This document shows, one piece after another, positions 59,640 through 64,000 of a stretch of DNA of 64,000 nucleotides. The first letter of the stretch is position 1. Every line of letters begins with the position of its first letter. Location of the stretch: NCBI GenBank assembly GCA_041665005.1, contig JBAYJR010000001.1, forward strand, positions 4,727 through 68,726, read 5' to 3'. The notes under the pieces are model-generated. The model did not search any database, had not been told where the DNA came from, and saw only the letters and a list, made by a program, of their open reading frames with translations. Source of the DNA: Candidatus Buchananbacteria bacterium. GTDB taxonomy: Bacteria > Patescibacteriota > Patescibacteriia > 2-01-FULL-39-33 > JBAYJR01. The translations under genes were made by a program, and so were the position numbers.

Positions 59640-61217
59640 ATGAGTATGGTAAAAGTGTTTAAAAACAAATGGTTTTGGGTTGGCGCGGTAATTGTTATAT
59701 TGATTATCGGCTATTTTTGGTTAGCCGCCGGCAAGAGCACAGTAGTATATACTACGGAGCCGGTTAAACGAGCTAATATTATTCAAACCGTAACGGCTAC
59801 TGGCGAAGTACAAAGCGCTACGGAAATTAATTTAAATTTTAAAAATTCTGGTTGGTTGGCTAGATTAAATGTCAAAGTGGGTGACAAAGTTAAAGCCGGA
59901 CAAGAATTAGCGCAGTTACAAAATGGTTCGTTAGTGGCTTCGGTAATGGCGGCGCAAGCTAATTTGACTAAAGTTTTGGCCGGTACAGCCGCCGAAGATA
60001 TTAAAATTTACGAACAAAGCGTGGCCAAAGAACAAGCGGCTTTGGATACTTTATTGAGTAAGCGTGATCAGGATTTAGTCACCTCTCGTAACAAAGTATT
60101 AGACGCTTTAAATAATGCCAATTTTGCGGCGGCCGTGGCCTTGAATACGGTTTATAAAGATTTAATTGATACTAATAATATCAGCAATTTAAATGTTATG
60201 CAGACTAGTTTGTATAACAATATTTCGCCTGGTTACAGTTTAGCCAATAGCAAATTAATTTCGGCCAAAAATTTTTATACCACGGCGGCTAGCACTAGAA
60301 ATGATTTAGATATTATTGCGGCAGTTAACGCTACCAAGGAAGCCTTAAATCAGTTGACAATTTTATTAAGTAATTCTTTTGAAGTGGCCGATTCAATCAT
60401 TCTTAATAGTACTTATACCCAAAGCAAAAAGGATACCATCAAAACCGAAATTACTACCGAACAAGGTAATACTAATGCTAATCTAACGGCGGTAGAAACG
60501 GCTCGGGCGACTTTGGTTAACGGTGCGGCTTCGTATGAAAGTCAAATTAAAACGCAACAGGCAGCCTTGGCTTATGCCCAGGCTCAGTTGGCTCAAAAAC
60601 AAGCTCCGGCTAAGCAATACGATGTGGATTATTATCGTGCGCAGTTGCTACAAGCGCAGGCTAATTTAGGAGATACGATTATTCGGGCGCCGATTGATGG
60701 GGTAATCACCAAAAAGAATTACGAGGTAGGTGATCAAGTTTCACAAACCAACCCGGTGTTAGTTATGATGGGTAATAGCAACTTAGAAATTGAAGTTAAC
60801 ATTCCAGAATCGGACGTGGCTAAATTAAAAGTTGGTCAATCGGTGGATATTACTTTGGATGCATTTGGGGAAGATATTCCTTTTAAAGGCCAGGTGACTT
60901 TTATCGATCCGGCCGCTACCAAAATTTCGGACGTGGTTTATTATAAAACCAAAGTTACTTTAGATGACAATAAAGAGGCGATTAAACCGGGTATGACGGC
61001 TAATTTAACAATTACTACGGCTAATCGCGAAAATGTTTTGGTTACCTTGCAACGTGCGGTAATTAGTAAAGATGGTCAAAAAACGGTACAGGTCTTAGTG
61101 GCCGGTCAGCCGGTAGAAAAGCCAGTTGAATTGGGTTTGTGGGGTGATGAAGGTTTGGTGGAAGTATTAAGCGGTTTAACTGAGGGGGAACAAGTAGTTA
61201 CCTTTACTAAAAAATAA
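59640..61217 (+). CDS. HlyD/MacA-family membrane fusion protein (periplasmic adaptor)
   Basis: N-terminal TM helix, long coiled coil, barrel-sandwich block IIRAPIDGVITKKNYEVGDQV. Confidence 0.8.
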   Translation: MSMVKVFKNKWFWVGAVIVILIIGYFWLAAGKSTVVYTTEPVKRANIIQTVTATGEVQSATEINLNFKNSGWLARLNVKVGDKVKAGQELAQLQNGSLVASVMAAQANLTKVLAGTAAEDIKIYEQSVAKEQAALDTLLSKRDQDLVTSRNKVLDALNNANFAAAVALNTVYKDLIDTNNISNLNVMQTSLYNNISPGYSLANSKLISAKNFYTTAASTRNDLDIIAAVNATKEALNQLTILLSNSFEVADSIILNSTYTQSKKDTIKTEITTEQGNTNANLTAVETARATLVNGAASYESQIKTQQAALAYAQAQLAQKQAPAKQYDVDYYRAQLLQAQANLGDTIIRAPIDGVITKKNYEVGDQVSQTNPVLVMMGNSNLEIEVNIPESDVAKLKVGQSVDITLDAFGEDIPFKGQVTFIDPAATKISDVVYYKTKVTLDDNKEAIKPGMTANLTITTANRENVLVTLQRAVISKDGQKTVQVLVAGQPVEKPVELGLWGDEGLVEVLSGLTEGEQVVTFTKK

Positions 61218-61226
61218 ATTGGTTTT

Positions 61227-61952
61227 ATGGATAAGCAAACAATCATAAAAATAGTTGATTTGTGTAAGGATTATGTTAATGAGGGAGTGGTTACCGATGT
61301 TTTACACGGCATTACTTTTGAAATTAAAGCTGGTGAATTTGTGGCGATTATGGGGCCGTCGGGTTCTGGTAAATCTACTTTAATGCATATTTTAGGATTT
61401 CTAGATTCGCCGACTACCGGTGAATATTATTTTGATGGTGATGACGTAAAAAAATTAACGGATGAAGAAATGGCTAAGGTGAGAAATCAGAAAATTGGGT
61501 TTATTTTTCAACAGTTTAATTTGTTACCCAAAACCTCGGTTTACGACAATGTTAAATTGCCGCTGCTATATGGCAAGTATACTGATATTGATGGACGAGT
61601 CAAAAAGGCGATTACGGCCGTTGGTTTGGAACATCGGTTAAATTATTTATCCAACCAATTATCGGGCGGAGAAAAACAGCGAGTAGCCATTGCTCGATCT
61701 TTAGTGACTGATCCCAAAGTAATTTTTGCGGATGAACCGACAGGCAACCTTGACTCTAAATCCGGCAAACAGATTATGAATATTTTAAACCAGTTAAACG
61801 AAGAGGGCCACACTATCATTTTGGTAACGCACGAAACTTATACCGCCGAACATGCTAAGCGTATTTTAAAAATTAAAGACGGTTTGATGGTGGAAGACAG
61901 ATTAGTAGATGAACAAACGAGAAAAAATGCTTTGGCGGGTATTTTGAAATAG
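61227..61952 (+). CDS. ABC transporter ATP-binding protein (MacB/LolD/FtsE-like)
   Basis: Walker [10 protein letters not shown], signature [15 protein letters not shown], Walker [12 protein letters not shown]. Confidence 0.9.
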   Translation: MDKQTIIKIVDLCKDYVNEGVVTDVLHGITFEIKAGEFVAIMGPSGSGKSTLMHILGFLDSPTTGEYYFDGDDVKKLTDEEMAKVRNQKIGFIFQQFNLLPKTSVYDNVKLPLLYGKYTDIDGRVKKAITAVGLEHRLNYLSNQLSGGEKQRVAIARSLVTDPKVIFADEPTGNLDSKSGKQIMNILNQLNEEGHTIILVTHETYTAEHAKRILKIKDGLMVEDRLVDEQTRKNALAGILK

Positions 61953-61966
61953 TAATAATTGTTTTT

Positions 61967-63211
61967 ATGGATCTTATTGGTAATCTTAATTTATCTTATA
62001 AAAATTTAACGGTAAATAAAACCCGGACTTTACTGACCATGTTGGGCTTGATTATTGGTATTTCTTCGGTGATTATTATTATGTCGGTCGGGGCCGGAGC
62101 CCAGAGCTTGGTTTTGAACCAGGTTAAAAGTGTGGGTACTAATTTAATTGGCGTGTTACCGGGGGCTTCTGACGAAAATGGTCCACCGGCGACGGCTTTT
62201 GGTTCGGTAATTACGACTTTAAAATATGATGACGCGGTTGCTTTGGCCAAAAAAAGTAATGTGCCTTATGCGGTGGCGGTGGCGCCTTATGTTAAGGGTA
62301 CGGGCACGGTTACTTGGCAGTCGCATTCGTTAGACACTAATTTTAGTGGTACCTCGGCTAGTTATATAGAAGTTGAAGAGGGGGCTAAAGTAATTAGTGG
62401 TCGATTTTTTAATCTTGATGAAGAAAAAAATTTAGCGCGGGTAGCGGTGTTGGGCAGTGAAGTGCGGGATAAATTATTTGAACAAAACGATCCCATTGAT
62501 CAACAAATTAAAATTAAAAATGAAACTTTTAAAGTAATTGGCGTGATGGAGCCACGAGGCGTTTCGGGTTTTCAAAATCAAGATGACCAGATTTTTATTC
62601 CGGTTTCTACCGCGCAGAAATTATTGTTAGGCATAAATTATTTAGGTTTTATTCGGGTGCGGGTAGATAGTGTTGACAACATTCCGCAAACCATTGAAGA
62701 TGTTAAGGCCACTTTGCGTTACCAACATAACATTAAAAAAGCTAAAGACGATGATTTTAGTGTGCGGAGCGCCACGCAAATGTTGGATGTTTTTGGCACC
62801 GTAACCAGTGCTTTGAGTTTATTTTTAACGGCGGTAGCAGCTATTTCTTTGTTGGTTGGCGGAATTGGGATTATGAATATTATGTTAGTAGCGGTAACCG
62901 AACGGATTCGCGAAATTGGCTTGCGCAAAGCTGTAGGAGCAACTCGGCGTGATTTATTGGAGCAGTTTTTAATTGAAACGGTAATTATTACTTCTTTTGC
63001 CGGTTTGCTAGGTTTAATTTTAGGCATAGTCTTTTCTTTTTTAGTGGCAATGGTTGCGCAATATTTAGGTTATGCTTGGGATTTTGTAGTGCCGGTCTGG
63101 TCAATTATTTTATCTTTTGGTATTGCAGTAATTATTGGTTTTTTATTTGGGTTATACCCAGCCTATCAAGCGGCCAAATTAGATCCGGTAGTCGCATTGC
63201 GTAAAGAGTAG
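61967..63211 (+). CDS. ABC transporter permease (FtsX/MacB-type)
   Basis: N-terminal TM helix, large periplasmic domain, C-terminal FtsX domain with three TM helices. Confidence 0.8.
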   Translation: MDLIGNLNLSYKNLTVNKTRTLLTMLGLIIGISSVIIIMSVGAGAQSLVLNQVKSVGTNLIGVLPGASDENGPPATAFGSVITTLKYDDAVALAKKSNVPYAVAVAPYVKGTGTVTWQSHSLDTNFSGTSASYIEVEEGAKVISGRFFNLDEEKNLARVAVLGSEVRDKLFEQNDPIDQQIKIKNETFKVIGVMEPRGVSGFQNQDDQIFIPVSTAQKLLLGINYLGFIRVRVDSVDNIPQTIEDVKATLRYQHNIKKAKDDDFSVRSATQMLDVFGTVTSALSLFLTAVAAISLLVGGIGIMNIMLVAVTERIREIGLRKAVGATRRDLLEQFLIETVIITSFAGLLGLILGIVFSFLVAMVAQYLGYAWDFVVPVWSIILSFGIAVIIGFLFGLYPAYQAAKLDPVVALRKE

Positions 63212-63231
63212 ATTATTTTTAATAAATTTAT

Positions 63232-64000
63232 ATGCCCAGACTTTGTCCCAAACTTACAACTAAACTAGAATCCCTCAAAAAACTCAAACAAGAGTTTGAT
63301 TTGGAATTGACTAAAGTTAAAAACCCAGACTCCAAAAAGTCCAATGATCTTATTTTCATCAGAGATATTAAAGCAAAACTAAACCAAACCCTTCAAGACC
63401 TCCAAACTGAACTCTGGCTAAAAACCCCCGAACTAACTAAAGAAAATCTTGAAGCCCAATATGAATTCCAGAAGAACCTTCTTCTAAACTCAGGCCTGCT
63501 AAAAACCCTTTCTACTGGTGAATTAGGTATTAAAGCAATTGATAAGCAGGAATATCCCATACCTACCTTAGAGCAGGTTGAAGAAAATATTATAGATAAA
63601 AGAGAGTTGCTTGAAGCTAAGGTTAATCAAGGCTTTGTTAAACTAGTTCTTGTCCCCTTTGGTTTGCCAGTCAGCTCTTTAATAGATGCTTACGACAAGG
63701 CCCTGATGGAACACTATCAACAAGGTGAGTTATTGGACGCCCAAAATAAATTATTAAATATTTATAAAAGGCCTGATGATGAGGAGTTTATTAGTGATCA
63801 TACTGGATACCCCGAAGCCGAAGCTAAAGGGGATTTAGTATATTTTCCCAAAAAATTCTCTGCTAATCATCAAGGTAAAACCAAGCAAGAACTTTTACCC
63901 ACCCAAGCCTGGCAAGTTCTATTACTTGAAGACTTGCCGGATCTTCCAGATAGAGATCAAGGCAAAACCAAGGCTGGTCGCCAGCAACCGGAAGCTTGCC
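63232..64000 (+). CDS. Paralog B4: same architecture as B1/B3, 3' end beyond the window
   Basis: MPRLCPKLTTKLESLKKLKQEFDLELTK ...; about 85% nucleotide identity to B3 over the aligned stretches; ORF is open to the window end. Confidence 0.6.
   Translation, partial: MPRLCPKLTTKLESLKKLKQEFDLELTKVKNPDSKKSNDLIFIRDIKAKLNQTLQDLQTELWLKTPELTKENLEAQYEFQKNLLLNSGLLKTLSTGELGIKAIDKQEYPIPTLEQVEENIIDKRELLEAKVNQGFVKLVLVPFGLPVSSLIDAYDKALMEHYQQGELLDAQNKLLNIYKRPDDEEFISDHTGYPEAEAKGDLVYFPKKFSANHQGKTKQELLPTQAWQVLLLEDLPDLPDRDQGKTKAGRQQPEAC

Overview
This 64 kb window looks like chromosome from a small-genome, low-GC (about 40%) bacterium. The CPR/Patescibacteria-like assignment is an inference from gene content only. 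The gene backbone is housekeeping. It contains rmuC, an UvrD-type helicase fused to a Cas4-like nuclease, pheST, dnaE, thrS, miaB-miaA, gatB, a dTTP cluster (tdk, thyX, tmk, a kinase and dCMP deaminase), secE-nusG-rplK-rplA, gyrB, hrcA-grpE-hsp20, dnaK, dnaJ, one tRNA-Glu(CUC) and a HlyD/ABC/FtsX exporter. Four accessory-looking features stand out against this backbone.

- **Seven-member paralog family.** Seven genes sit in two tandem clusters (16869-20390 and 55568-58926, plus 63232 to the window end). They share a 50-60 aa N-terminal module (C-x-E-L-T ... L-K-x-L-K-x-E-F-D-L) fused to three different C-terminal bodies. The bodies are WG-like beta-propeller repeats, WD40 repeats, and an unknown 300 aa domain. 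The module's codon usage also looks different from the local backbone.
- **Small-gene cassette locus (about 9000-12500).** Small, mostly membrane-peptide genes carry repeated upstream leader elements and a repeated two-tier terminator hairpin. Two promoter-plus-terminator-defined candidate small RNAs lie in the same stretch.
- **Four-helix-bundle (23S IVS family) gene.** It is bracketed by a (GTGTAAA)n microsatellite on one side and an AT-rich imperfect repeat on the other.
- **Structured intergenic block at 55140-55400.** It sits immediately upstream of the second paralog cluster and is dense in hairpins and repeats.

Smaller calls include a T-box-like leader ahead of thrS, a perfect CIRCE operator ahead of hrcA, and a small Cys/His peptide gene with a 5' attenuator hairpin next to an AbrB-like regulator and the exporter. 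There are no CRISPR arrays, rRNA genes, transposases or integrases. Every functional assignment comes from motif recognition by eye, and no database search was run.
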